64,000 nucleotides of DNA from Octopus vulgaris (taxonomy: Eukaryota): contig OX597817.1 of assembly GCA_951406725.2 (NCBI GenBank), positions 90,830,001 to 90,894,000 of the forward strand, in the 5' to 3' direction. The notes below the pieces were generated by a model. It searched no databases, was not told the DNA's origin, and was given only the letters and a program-made list of their open reading frames with translations. Of the stretch, positions 1 to 12,408 are shown piece after piece (the stretch's first letter is position 1; the number at the start of each line of letters is the position of its first letter). The translations under genes and the position numbers were made by a program.

Positions 1-343
1 TTTATCTCTTAACTGTTAATTCAAAAGTTCATTTCATTTTTATTCTTCAAATTGTGTATTTAGCTTCATGTGTTTTTCCATATTATCTGCTGTAATGTTT
101 TGTCATGTATCATATTTTTGCTTGGTGGCCATTTTGAAAATGAAAATGCTGTGTGAGTAAATGAATAAGAAAAGTCTGTAAAAACAACCCACCTTCTAAT
201 TGTCTAATCCTAAATATCAAAGATGGGGTATTCCTCAGAGTATTATAATCCTTTTTAGCAAGTATGCCAAAGAATATTTCATTTAGTGATGCTATAAATG
301 GTCTAGCTTTGGAGTGAAATAAACATATGTGTACACTTCAAAA

Positions 344-375
<32 letters not shown>

Positions 376-384
376 TGTTGAATG

Positions 385-1450
385 CTGGGAAGATTGGTAT
401 AAACTGTGGTATTTTTCAATGTGATTCTCTATCACTAGTTCTTTGTTGCAAAACTCTCAGTCCCCTAAGCGAGCTGTTAAATAACACAAGACATGGATAG
501 AGATTATCAATCAATCACCTCTTTTGCATGGATGTTGTAAAGCCTTTTGCAAAAGGAGATCAACAACTGGAGCGGCTTTTAAGTATAGTAAAACAAGTTA
601 GGGGCAATATTGAAATGTCAGTTGGCTTTAATAAATGTGCTGAAGTTACATTCTTTAAAGGAAAAGTTTTGAAATCATTCAGTAAGAGGAGACTACCACA
701 ATAAAGAAATTAGATCCTGAAGAAAACTACAAAAAATATTCATGTGTGTGAGGGGATAGCATCCAGTACCCACAACTGCTACCATACTGTGAGAGATAGC
801 CTACAAAGCAAACTTAATGTGAGAAATAAAATTCATGCCATTAATACCCTGGTTATGCTTTAATATAAAATTGTTCATAAATGATATAAGTAGATATACA
901 AATATTCAGATTTCTCACAATGCACCAAAGGCAGATGTAGACAGACTATACGTTCTATGAAAGGAAGGAAAACAAGAACTGATGCAGTGATAACTGTCTT
1001 TGAAGACAGCAACCAAAGGGTTAGACACCTATCTCAGGAGCAAAACTGGATACTTGAATTGTTTGCAAGCTCAAGTATTCAGTACCAAAAAATTAAACTC
1101 AGTATCAAAAGAAGTAAACAAATAGATAAAGGAATTAAAGATCACTGAGATTAAAGCATATATAGAAACTGAAGAATACAGTGCAAACGCAAAGCAAATA
1201 AAAGCACAAGTCTAATCAAATGGAATTTCAGAGATGCATTATAAGTGGAAAAGTAAGGCATTACATAGTAAATACTCTATGAGAAACAGCAATTCTGATG
1301 GTGGTATATATGAGTCATGACTCATCAGTAGCTATCTTTACTGAGGCTTAAATCAGAAAAACAGGGCTCCACTATAGCAGCTGAACATCAGTACATGTTC
1401 ACTAGAAATTACCAATCCAATATTCTTAAAAGTCGTGTTGATATTTCCTG
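385..1450 (+). mobile_element. Decayed R4/Dong-like (RT-RLE) non-LTR retrotransposon, RT region
   Basis: Manual translation across frameshifts gives GIFQ.DSLSLV..PLSELLN, INHLFCMD(V)VKPFAK (YMDD box), FGFNKCA, NKIHAINT and LKSE...A...Q...TRNYQ, in the order expected for R4-clade ORFs. Preceded by (GAT)n. Confidence 0.75.
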
Positions 1451-1456
1451 TCACTG

Positions 1457-1670
1457 GGGTGACAAACTGACCAAATTATTGACATATTGGACAAAATGCT
1501 TAGCAGCATTTTGTGTGTCTTTATGTTTTAAGTTCAAATTCCACCAAAGTCAACTTTGCCTTTCCTCTCTTTCAGCGTTGTTGAAATACATACCAGTTGA
1601 GCACTGGGGTTGATGTAATCAACTTACCCACCTCCTCTAAAATTACTGGGCTGGTGCCAAAATTTGAAAC
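1457..1670 (+). mobile_element. SINE family A (tRNA-derived head, gtcgactttgcctttcatcc core, tail B)
   Basis: Diverged match to the copies at 2615-2830 and 15235-15477: aaatgcttagc, agttcaaattcc, caactttgcctttc, cactggggttgatgtaatc, gtgccaaaatttgaaac. Confidence 0.75.
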
Positions 1671-1739
1671 TGATATTTCCCATCATTTTAGTGGTACCAC
1701 CAGAGAAACAAGTAACCCTTCATCTCTGGGTGCTCAATG

Positions 1740-1960
1740 TTGGACTTGGTCACTTTTTGCACTGGATCATAGGGGTGGAGAAGAAGGATTGAGTAGAAGG
1801 TGATCATTGTGAGGCCTAGAGTGTACATGAAGAAAGAACTTTGGAATGAATGAGTAGAGATGACATAAGTCGGTTGTGAAGAGCAGAGGCCACTATAGAA
1901 GAGGTAGAGTGAAGAAACAGCATGTCTATAGTTAAGCATTGGATTGTGAGTTCATAGGTC
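1740..1960 (-). mobile_element. CR1/L2-group LINE ORF2 C-terminal fragment
   Basis: The minus-strand ORF reads YRHAVSSLYLFYSGLCSS, resembling the L.HRR.V.SL.LFY.Y..G.CS C-terminal motif. Confidence 0.45.
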
Positions 1961-2399
1961 TTGAGTTCAAATCAAATTATTGTACATTCAAGACATTGAA
2001 CATGTACAGTATAATAATAGAAAGTTGTCTGAAATCCAGGTTTGTGATGCAGTTTTGGTTCTTGGACAGTCTGGTTTACTTAATTTTGTTGCAAATATTT
2101 GGATCAAGACTCCAGTCTAAGGATAACTTCCTTCCTTCCTTCCTTCCTTCCTTCCTCCCTCCTTTCCTTCCATACCACCAGTCCCAGAGGTCCTAAATAA
2201 AGGTCAAGGCTGCCTCCTATATTCTTCTGACAAAAGCATTAAAAAATACATCACTGGGTTTTTTTCCACTGGTTGAAGTGATGAACACTTCTCACTCTCT
2301 TGTTCACATTCTTCAGAACCTTCCAATGTTGGACAAACAAAACCAAACATCCAGACTATTCAACACAACATTTCTTCATTTCATTATTATTATAATTTC

Positions 2400-2830
2400 A
2401 AAGCAGCAAGCTGGCAGAATCATTAGCACACTGGGCAAAATGCTTAGTGGAATTTCATCAGTCTTTTATGTTCTGAGTTCAACTTTACCTTTCATCCTTT
2501 TGAGGGTGATAAAATAAGTACCAGTAGAACACTTGGGTTGATGTAATCAACTGATCCCCTCTCCCAAAGTTGCTGCCCTTGTGGCAAAATTTAAAACTAT
2601 TATTATTATTATTTGAAGGTGGTGAGCTGGCAGAATCGTTAGCACACTTGACAAAATGCTTAGTGACATTCCATCCATCTTTACATTCTGAGTTCAAATT
2701 TCACTGAGGTCGACTTTGCCTTTCATCATTTCAGGATCAATAAATTAAGTACCAGTTGATTACTAGGATTGATGTAATCACATACCTTTCCGTTGAAATT
2801 GTCATCCTTGTGCCAAAAATTTGAAATCAT
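2400..2830 (+). mobile_element. Two head-to-tail SINE family A copies separated by (ATT)n
   Basis: gctggcagaatc.ttagcac...ctttcatc...gtaccag...caaaattt.aaa occurs at about 2410-2597 and 2625-2828. Confidence 0.85.
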
Positions 2831-3029
2831 TATTACAAGTTGCATTACACTTTGTATTACACCACCTTATCAAACCAAAGTGTTGATTATTGGGAGACTT
2901 ATCTGATATACATTGAAATTATATATTTTGACAGGAGAATTGAAAATTGAAATATTTCAATTGCTGATCACGTATTGTCTGTCAGTTATGCTACAGAAAA
3001 GTTAAATGGAAAAATTATGTAGCAATGAT

Positions 3030-3575
3030 TTACAGTAAGAGCACTATAACCCTAAATTGTAGTTTATTGGCATTGTAACACTAAAACTGAGATTTATTGA
3101 CACTATAACACCAAAACTGTGGCTTACTGACACCATAATCTTAAAATTAAGTCTTACTCATACTACTACTGATGCTTACTGATATTATGATACTAAAACT
3201 GAGCTTTACTAACCCTATAATTCTAAAACTGGGATTTACTGACACTATGCCACAAAAACTGATGCTTACTGATACTTATTTCTTTATTACCCACAAGGGG
3301 CTAAACATAGAGGGGACAAACAAAGACAGACATAGGTATTAAGTCGATTACATCGACCCCAGTGCGTAACTGGTGCTTAATTTATCGACCCCGAAAGGAT
3401 GAAAGGCAAAGTCGACCTCGGCGGAATTTGAACTCACAACGTAACGGCAGACGAAATACCGCAAAGCATTTACTATGACACTAAAACAGATTGACACAAC
3501 AACACTAAAACTTGAATTTATTAACACTATTACACTAAAATTGAGGTTTACTGTTACTATAAACACCTAAATCCT
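3030..3575. repeat. Degenerate ~30-bp minisatellite (ctgag.tttactgacactataacactaaaa), interrupted by a SINE
   Basis: About 8 units at 3035-3275 and 3-4 more at 3470-3570. Confidence 0.8.
3276..3470 (-). mobile_element. SINE family A, young copy with tail A (5'-truncated)
   Basis: Reverse complement of the family A core with CpGs retained (tcgaccccgaaaggatgaaaggcaaagtcgacctcggcgg). Tail reads ...ccccttgtgggtaataaagaaataa. Confidence 0.9.
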
Positions 3576-3664
3576 AACATTAAAATTTGGATAATATCAT
3601 GAACTGTGTAATGTATAATTCAATTTTATTCTTCACTAGGAGCACAACACCACAGTTAGCATAT

Positions 3665-4960
3665 ATCTTTTATCTTTTCCTTGTTTCAATCATTTGACTG
3701 CAACCATGCTAGAGCACAACCGTGAAGAATTTTTAGTCAAATGAATCAACCTCAGTACTTATTTATGTTAAGCCTGGTACTTATTCTATCAATCTCTTTT
3801 ACTGAACTAAGATATGGGGTCATAAACGTACCAACACTGGTTATCAAGCAGTGGTGGGGACAAATACAGACACAAACACACACACAAGAGGGTACTCAAA
3901 AGTAATCAGAAACATTCTCTGTGGGACAAGCCTGTTGTAGTTCATGCTTCTGCCACTAGAAGCCATTTGATGTGACCTTCAAGCATCAGTATGCTGACTG
4001 GTGTCATCGAGTGTAGTCCTACTGCCACATGATGTATCTTTGCTTTGCAGTACTTCTCCCCTGTTCATCAATTTTTGCTGAAATGAAGGAACAGTGTGTT
4101 TCTGTGAAATTCTGTTTCCTGCTGAGAAAAATGGTGGCTGAAACAATTGTCATGCTTCTAACAGCTTACAAGGACACTGCCATGAGCAAAACACATGTTT
4201 ATGAGTGGTTTTCATGCTTTAGGAATGGTCATTTGTCACTTGAAGATCAACCTCATTCAGGGCATCCATCGACCTCCTGAATGAATGAAAACATCATGAA
4301 AATTCATGAAATGATCTTGGCAGACCAGTACCAAACAATTGACATGGAGTGTTCTGGAACTCCTGTCAATGAATTTTGAGTGAGGAATTGCAAATGAAAA
4401 GAGTTACAGCAAAGCTTGTGCCTCACTTGCTCACAGAAGATCAAAAGCAGTCAGGAATGAATGTGTGTCATGAACTGGAAGAACAGTTGGAAATTGATCT
4501 GGACTTTCTTTTGAAGGTCATCACTGGTAATGAAAGCTGGTGCTACAGAATTTGCAGATGTGGAAGAGGTGAAGAAGAAAAAACAATGGGGACGTTAAAA
4601 GGTATCACTTTGCAAGAGTTCCAGCACCACTTCGAACAGTGGAAAATGTGTTTGAATGAATGCGTTGCTTCAAATGGAGAATAGTTTGAAGGTGATAAAA
4701 GTGTAAACATGTAAAACTAAGTGAATAAAATAATATTGCAAAATTTCATTTTCGTTTGGGTACCCCTTTGCATATATATATATATACATACATACACAAC
4801 AGGCTTGTTTCAGTTTCTCTCTACCAAATCCGCTCACATGGCTTTGTCAGCCCAAGGCTATAGCAGAAGATACTTGCCCAAGGTGCCATGCAGTGGGACT
4901 GAACCCAGAACTGTGAAATTGGGAAGCAAGCATCTTCCCTCACATCCACACCTGCATCTG
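3665..4960 (-). mobile_element. SINE family B split by a mariner insertion
   Basis: The tail half at 3665-3884 and the head half at 4790-4960 together match the intact copy at 9663-10080. Confidence 0.8.
3885..4770 (+). mobile_element. Internally deleted mariner transposon relic
   Basis: ORFs 4029-4280 and 4376-4684 give EQCVSVKFCF..., VYEWFSCFRNG..LEDQPHSGHPST, LVPHLLTEDQK (WVPHEL box), ITGNESWCY and CVASNGE.FEG. Imperfect TIRs are caagagggtactcaaa and tttgggtacccctttg. The catalytic core after the first D position is deleted. Confidence 0.9.
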
Positions 4961-5634
4961 CTTACAAACTTCTTTAAGAGAACATGTGATACATTTATAA
5001 AGTCTAAACAAAACTCAAATGTAAAGTAAAAATGTGCTAATTTAATTCTTAAGAGAAGAAGCAGAGCCTATGAACATTCTAAACCCTTCCAGACAAGTGA
5101 GACCAATGCACCTTATATGCATTTGAAGTTGTTTAATGACAATATCAGCAAATTGCAAGAAAAATTGGAGCTAGGAAGAAACTTCAGTGGGTGGTATTTT
5201 GGTGAAGGAGGATAAAGAAAAAAATGCATTTAGTGCAAGATGGTGGGTTGTGAGACAGAATAGAGATGTCAATGAGAAAAAACACAAGTTTCTGGAGAGT
5301 TTATGGGATGCAGATATAATGCATACAGCAAAGCAAAGTAGAGGCCATTATGTAGTGGTAGAAGAGACAGAGAAAAACAGTTTTAGATCTTTGATGCTTC
5401 TCTATATTGAATACGTAAATTAACTATTGTTATTCTCAGTAATGGTTATCATTAATCTTAGTCCTTAAATTTTTAAAATATGCTTATTTTCTACATCTAC
5501 ATGGATTCAATATTGTATATCTAATTAAGGATTATTTAATTACAACTTCAGCAAGTATAATGAAGTGTATATTTTGGTGAGGGGGGATAAATATTACTGA
5601 TCTGTTTAGAATTTTGTTCTTTACTTAGAATATT

Positions 5635-5850
5635 GGTCTCTAATTTTGGCACAAGGCCAGTAAGCTTAGGGGAGACATAAATTGATTACATCAATGCCAG
5701 TGCACAACTGGTTCTTAGTTTATTAACTGTAAAAGGGTGAAAAGCAAAGTCAACCTCAATAGAATTTGAACTCAGAATGTAAGAATGGATGAAATGCAGT
5801 TAAGTATTTTGCCCAGAGTGCTAATGATTCTGCCAGCTCACCACCTTACT
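5635..5850 (-). mobile_element. SINE family A (tail B)
   Basis: aattttggcacaaggccag...aaagtcaacctc...aatttgaactcagaa...gattctgccagctcaccacc. Confidence 0.8.
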
Positions 5851-6544
5851 TTACTCAGAATATCAAAATATATATTAAGGGAAACTCAATATCTTTTGTT
5901 AGTCCAGCTGACCACTGGGGTCAATGTAACTGACTTTTTCTTTTTCCCAAAATTGCTGGCCTTGTGTCAAAATTCGAAACCAATGTTGTAAGACACCAGA
6001 CAAATGTAAATAAATATCTTGCTATCTTTTCTGTTGACAGAAAATGGGAGAGCTACAGTTATGGTGGAGCACCACCATGAAGGGTTCTAAATGCTCACTT
6101 GTTTTAATGTGAACTCTATTTGTTGCAAAGGACATAAATGCAGACAGCATTTTTGTGAAATGTCTACATAACACATGCATAATCACACATGTATGCACAT
6201 GGACATATACACACCAAATACATCAAAACCATAGCCATCACTTGCAAGCAATAATGATTTAGTTACCATGTACTATTTGTTTCAGATATCAATTAGACAC
6301 TCACTCAGCTCTCCCATCCTTGACCAGCAGAACAGCTAGGGTGTGTCAGATGAGAGACAGAGACTACATAAGCATTAAGTTGGTACACGTTTTATCAAAG
6401 TAAAGTGAAGCAATGTGAAATGAAGATACTTTTTCAAGGACAGGAAAGTACTGGATTGTCTCAAATCACCGTACACACACACACACATAGACACACACAG
6501 AATAGTTTCCACACAGTTTAGTCAAAATATTTCAGACAAAAGCA

Positions 6545-6760
6545 TTTATTTCTTTATTGCCCACAGGGGGTTAAACATAGAGGGGACAAACAAGGAATTA
6601 AGTCAATTACATCGACCCCTGTGTATAACTGATACATATTTAATTAACCCCAAAAGGATGAAAGGCTAAGTTGACCTCAGTGGAATTTGAACTTAGAACA
6701 TAGCTGCAGACGAAATACCGCTAAGCAATTCACCCAGCATGCTAATGTTTCTGCCAGCAA
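6545..6760 (-). mobile_element. SINE family A (tail A)
   Basis: tttctttattgcccacaggggg...aaaggatgaaaggc...tttctgccagc. Confidence 0.85.
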
Positions 6761-7384
6761 ATGAAGTGTTATAGTAGAAGACATTCTCTCAAGACACAGT
6801 GAGGATTGAACCCAAGACCACATGGTTCTGAAGAGAACTTTTAATCTACACAGCTATGCCTGCACTCCTACATTTATTTGAAGTCTCTCAAAATTGGCTA
6901 ACACAACATTAAGTTTATCTCAAGACATATTTACAATTATCCATACATGCTGTTTTATGCAATTAATGATTAACTGATAAAATAGTAGTCATTGATATAT
7001 TGTCTTTTCTTCACCACGTAATTACTTCTAATTAAATTTTTGATGTTTATTACGTTAATCATATTAATACTAACTTAATTTTAACATGTTAGAATATTTT
7101 CATTTATAATCCCATAGTGAATATTTCATACTGTCTATGATTCTGTTTCTGTGTGTATGCTGCCAGTAATGGCAGGAAGGTTTTTGATGTGAGGTTTGTA
7201 TTTACATCCAGTAATCTTCCTACTGCTAAATGATAGAAGTGTTAGAACTTGGAACAAAAGCTTTATGGTAATTTTTCTGGCTTTTGTATGCTCTGAGTTC
7301 AAATCCCAAATGTTAACTTTACCTTTCATTATTTCAGAGTTGATAAATATAATAGCATTCAAGTATGAGTGATAATAATAATAA

Positions 7385-8990
7385 TCATTTCCCCATTACT
7401 ATTTGTATTGGCCATGATACAGCTCAATTTGATATTACGGAAAGTCAAAATAGCTTACGATTTGGGAAAAGGGTATGATCAGATAAATCATCTCCTTTTT
7501 ATGGATGGTTATAAAGCTTTATGTGAAAAATGAGAAGCAGCTAGAAAGTCTTGTACATACCGTTCACATTTTCTCAAATGATGTAGTTATGGAATTTGGG
7601 ACTGAAAAGTGTGCTATATTGATAATGAAATGAGGAAGACTTGAAGGAAGGCAGGGAATTGAAATGCTAAATTGGCAAACAATGAAAGTGGTTGAAAAGG
7701 GACAGTAGTAAAAGTATTTTGGAATATTGAAGGCAGTTGAGATAAAACATGAAGAGATGAAGTAGAGAGTATAGAAGGAAAGTGAGAGAAAATATTACAG
7801 CCAAGGTTGAACTCAAAAAATATTACTGAAACAATAAATTCAAGAGTAGTGTCAGGTATCAGATATGAAGCTGGAACTGTGTATTGGACAAAAAGTGATG
7901 GCAAAAAAGCTTCACAGAAAAATTAGGAAGTTGTTGATTATGTATGGAGCTTATCATAATGAAAGCTGATATTAATTGGTTGTACTTGAAGAGATACTAG
8001 GGTAGAGGTGGTTTAAATGGTGTGGAAGAGTGTGTGCAGATGGAATGAAACAGCTTACTAAATTATTTGGAGCACAGAGAACTTACTAAAAAAAGTTAAT
8101 GCAGGACAGGTGATCAAGTATGGAAAAGGGGAAAAGAATAAGAATAAGAATGAAATTAATTCAAAGAACATGTAAAGTAGGTTGATGAGTAACCTTTGCA
8201 TGGTCAGTTTTGGAAAATCACTAAGGATGTACAGGAAAAAAACTCCTGGGCTTGGTTGAAAAGGGAGCAATTGAAAAAAGAAACAGAGAGCTCAAAATTA
8301 GTTGTTGCAAAGAAACAATTTGAGAAAATATGTGTATGGGAGAAGGTGTTAGTAAAATGTAGAGTAAGTGGAATTGGGGCTGAAACAATGGCAGACATTG
8401 TTGCAGAATTCCCCAAGTTGTCCTAGGGAGAATATATGAAATGGAATCATGATCAAGTTGTGAAAGTTTTGCATTGGAAGTTTTGTCAGAAATTGAGGTT
8501 TGAAACTGGAAGTACATGATTTAATCATCTGGTAAAAAGAGTCTTTGAGTTAGAAAAATGTAAGATTTTGTGGGATTTTTCAATTCAAACAGATAAGAAG
8601 ATAAAAAATAACAAGCGAGATATAACAATAATAGACAAGGGAAAGTGAATTTGCTTACTGATTGATCCAGGACTGTGAAGAACGAAGATGGGAAGAATAC
8701 AATCCTTAAAATTTGAAAGGATTTAGAACATGAAATCTATAAAGGTGATAAGAGGAGCATGAGGGACTACGAGTAATGACAAAGGTAAATAGTTAAAGGA
8801 AATTGGAATGGAATGTCCTGAAGAGCTTCTACAGGAGACTTGCCTATTGAGAACAGGAAAGATCTTCAGAAGGGTTTTCAGCACTTAAAGGCTTATTGAA
8901 ATGTGGATATCTAACAATAACATGTAGTAACCTGCTATCATATAAATTCTATCAGGAATAAGATCAATCTTATTCATGTTGAATAATAAT
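7385..8990 (+). mobile_element. Decayed R4/Dong-like LINE, RT through RLE endonuclease
   Basis: ISPLLFVLAM, INHLLFMD, FGTEKCA, SWAWLKREQLKKETE, C...CR.......ETMADIVAE (CCHC knuckle remnant), HDQV, KILWDFSIQTD and DITIID (PD-D/ExK region). Flanked by (TAA)n and (GAT)n. Confidence 0.85.
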
Positions 8991-9039
8991 AATGATGATG
9001 ATGATGATGGTGCTAATTCTTAATATCATTGTTGTTATT

Positions 9040-9260
9040 AAGACAGCAGTCTGGCAGAATTATTTATACACCAGAGCAAATACTTAGCAACATTTATTCT
9101 TGCTTTGTACACTCTGTGTTCAAATGTTGCCAAGATCAACTTTTGCCTTTCAGCTTTGTAGGGCTGATAAAATAAATAAAATAAATGCCCTGGATTTGAA
9201 GAAATCAACCAATCCCCACCTCCCTAAAAATTTCTTGGCCTTGTGCCAAAATTTGAAATT
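9040..9260 (+). mobile_element. SINE family A (diverged)
   Basis: ctggcagaat...gttcaaatgttgcc...caacttttgcctttca...ggccttgtgccaaaatttgaaattattatt. Confidence 0.75.
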
Positions 9261-9289
9261 ATTATTATTATTGTTGTTGTTGTTCTCCA

Positions 9290-11010
9290 ACACCTTTTAC
9301 AGTCAGGTTTGCATGTAATTATGCCTCAGCTTCTGCCCGCAGCTCAAAGGTACAACACTTTTGTCAGCAAAAGATCCATTCCAAGCACCACAGCCATTTG
9401 TGCACTCTTTAATGTACCTGCTATGCCTAAGATCTCAGGTACAGCATCCAAATTCTTTGAAATTGTTCCTAGACTACCAATAACAAAAGGGATAGTTTTG
9501 ACTGTTACTTCATGTATTTCTCACACATGGCTTGCCAAATCTTGGTAGTTGTCTACTCTCACTCTCTCAGTGATTTCAACAGTCTAGTCAGCAGGAACAG
9601 TGAAGTCTATCATAGCCTATTCATGTGTGTCTTTGTGCACAATTGTAATATCAGGGTGATTATAGGCATAGGAGTGGCTGTGTGGTAAATAGCTTGCTTA
9701 CCAACCACATGGTTCCAGGTTCATTCCCACTGCGTGGCACCTTGGGCAAGTGTCTTCTAATATAGCCTTGGGCCGACCTAGGCCTTGTGAGTGCATTTGG
9801 TAGATGGAAACTGAAAGAAGCCTGTCGTATATAAGTATATATATGTATGTGTGTGTATATGTTTGTGTGCCTGTGTTTGTCCCTCCAGCATCGCTTAACA
9901 ACCGATGGTGGTGGTCTTACATCCCCGTAACTTAGTGGTTTGGCAAAAAAGACCGATAGAGTAAGTACTAGGCTTCCAACGTATAAGTCCTGGGGTTGAT
10001 TTGCTCAACTAAAGGTGGTATTCCAGCATAGCTGCAGTCAAATGACTGAAACAAGTAAAAGAGTAAAAGAGTAAAAGAGTATGCCTGCCTGTAAAGATGG
10101 TCATATCTCACATGGGCTTCACTCACTTATTCTCAACATTCTGTGGAATATGGTCATATCACTTATCTGTGCACAGAAGATCATATTTCTTGCAGAGTTC
10201 CCAGTGCACCTAAGATCGACTTTGTCATGTCGACGTCTGTTTTCTTTTTTGCACACTAGTTGTGAGCAGCCACTGATTATGTGATGTACAGTTTCAATCT
10301 CCTGCCAACACTTTCTGTACAATGGTGCCTCTGATGTGTGGTTGATAGAGTACTTGACAGAATTTGTTCTCAAGGCCTGCTCTTTTGGACAGCAAATATC
10401 ATCTCTTCAGCCTCTTTCTTCAGATACCCATTCCATAACCATCTCTATGACTCAGGTCCATCCAGCTTCTATGTTTCTTGTAAAAACATTTCATGCAGTT
10501 GCTTCTTTTTCCATAATGCCTCTTTCTCCTCATGCACCCTTTTCTTAAAATCAACCAAAGATTGTCCCTGCTAGTACCTTCTCATTCATTACTGCCTTCA
10601 GCATCCATGTGCAGCATGGCTGTAAATACGCATTCAATGAAATTCACTCTGATCTTACACATTCCTCCAGCCCAATTAACCCTTTTCCACCTCCATTATG
10701 GAGGAGGTACAGTCTAGCTACATTACCACATGAATTAAAACATCTGTTCATGGTCACTACACTTCTTGTTCTTCAATCTAAGCTGATCAAGTCCTCTTTT
10801 GTCCATTCCACAATGCCTGCATCATACTTTCTAAACCCCAATGCCCAGGCATTAATGGATTCAATCAGATTACCTTCATTCAGCTAAGATCTGCAAAATT
10901 TCTTCATATATCGAATGCACTCTTTTTTTATCGTCTTCTTTATTTTGCATTGAAGTTTTGTTCTAGCTGGTATATTCCCAGATATTTATATTCACCACAG
11001 TCCACTTTCT
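9290..11010 (-). mobile_element. R4/Dong-like LINE 3' portion, interrupted by a SINE
   Basis: The minus strand reads YRKCWQEIETVHHIISGCSQL...RRHDKV (zinc knuckle). After the SINE it continues PDITIVHK...IDFTVPAD...YQDLA...IPFVIGSLGTI (RLE domain). Confidence 0.85.
9663..10080 (+). mobile_element. SINE family B, near full length (tRNA-like head, caccttgggcaagt domain, internal TA/TG microsatellite, gtaaaaga tail repeats)
   Basis: A-box-like tggctgtgtggt and B-box-like ggttcattccc. It ends in (gtaaaaga)3 and has many paralogues in the window. Confidence 0.9.
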
Positions 11011-11384
11011 TTGTAGAGGAGTTCAATACCTGTGTTATACACTTTTCTACCTTTCACTGAGATCAACTTTGCTTCTCGTCTTTTCTGGGTCAATGAAATA
11101 ATTACAAGTTGAGCACTGGATGGGTTTCATGTAATTGACTTATCCCCACACTTAAAATTGCTGGTCTTGCACCAAAATTTGAAATCATTATTATTATCAG
11201 AAGTTGTAGCTTTTCTTCTTCCTTCAATTTTATTTTCATTTTTTGCCAAGTGTCTTCCCAACACCTACAGCAAAGAAACTCACTGTATATATTGATAAGC
11301 CATTGAAATAAATGCACCAGATTGACCATCAACAAAATCAAATAAAATTATGTAGGAAAAAAAATTATAGTGAAGGTTATCGTT

Positions 11385-11755
11385 CTCACAGCAACAATTC
11401 TCAGCTCATATATGCGCAGCACCACCTAAAACAATAATTTTCACTTCTTTCCGGAATGGTAAGCCAGGAATCATTCTCTGATAATTTTCAGTTCCTTTTT
11501 TGATCATTCCAAGAGCTCCTACAATCACTGGTATTATAATCGCCTTAAGATATCACATTTCTTTGATTTCAATGTGCAAATCTTTATATTTTCTGAGCTT
11601 GTCAAATTCTTTTGCTGAAATATTATGATCACAAGGGATACTCATGTCAAAAACAGACATTATTATTTTGGTCTTTTGCAACAGTATCCAGTTTATTAGC
11701 TTTGATAGTTCTGTCAGTATGTGCTGGAAATTCTCACACAACCATTACATTTTCT
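11385..11755 (-). mobile_element. R4/Dong-like LINE 3' RLE fragment
   Basis: DMSIPCDHNISAKEFDKLRKYKDLHIEI...IIPVIVGALGMIKKG. Confidence 0.85.
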
Positions 11756-11779
11756 CTCTCAATTACAGCATCAGGATGA

Positions 11780-11796
11780 TTCTTCTTCTTCTTCTT

Positions 11797-11889
<93 letters not shown>
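11780..11889. repeat. Compound trinucleotide microsatellite (TTC)n(CTA)n(TTA)n
   Basis: Read directly from the sequence. Confidence 0.95.
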
Positions 11890-12355
11890 ATTTTGGCTAT
11901 GGCAAAGGAAGTAGTGTGGTGAATGAGACAGAAAGGACTGAAGACTGATACTTTCTCTTCAGCCAAGCCCTCATCGACTTTTCCAAGTTCCACTTGAAAA
12001 GGGAAGTTCTGCTTCCTAGTAAATTTGTTGAAAGGTGGATGAGTGTAGCAAGGATGGCTCTTGTGAATGGGCCTACTCTGAACTTTCATTTGTAAACTGG
12101 AGGAGTTGAGAAGGAGAGAGGCACTTGCTGAGGTGCATTTGGCAGTCAGGATAACCAGGTTAAGTGGGGTTCTGCTACTGTTCCTGTGAGGAACTACCCC
12201 TTTTGGGGAATTTTTATTGTTTAATTGTTTTGTTATTTGCTTTTTGTTACTTATTATATACACAGCATTGTTCAACACCCCACTTGTTCCTTGTATTGTA
12301 TTGTCCCTATTTCTTGTGTGTTCAGCCTTTGTGGCCAATAAAAGAAAATAAAAGT
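11890..12355 (+). mobile_element. Tx1/L1-like LINE 3' end (ORF2 C-terminus plus 3' UTR) within (ATT)n
   Basis: LAMAKEVVW.MRQKGL...F.KFHLKRE...KFVERWM resembles Tx1 ORF2 C-termini. A T-rich UTR ends in aataaaagaaaataaaa, with (ATT)n on both sides. Confidence 0.55.
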
Positions 12356-12361
12356 ATTTTA

Positions 12362-12408
<47 letters not shown>

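Noticed and set aside
6285-6385. Acceptor-like tttcag followed by a short open frame and a GT
   Set aside because: It is short, shows no similarity I recognise, and such signals arise by chance in AT-rich DNA.
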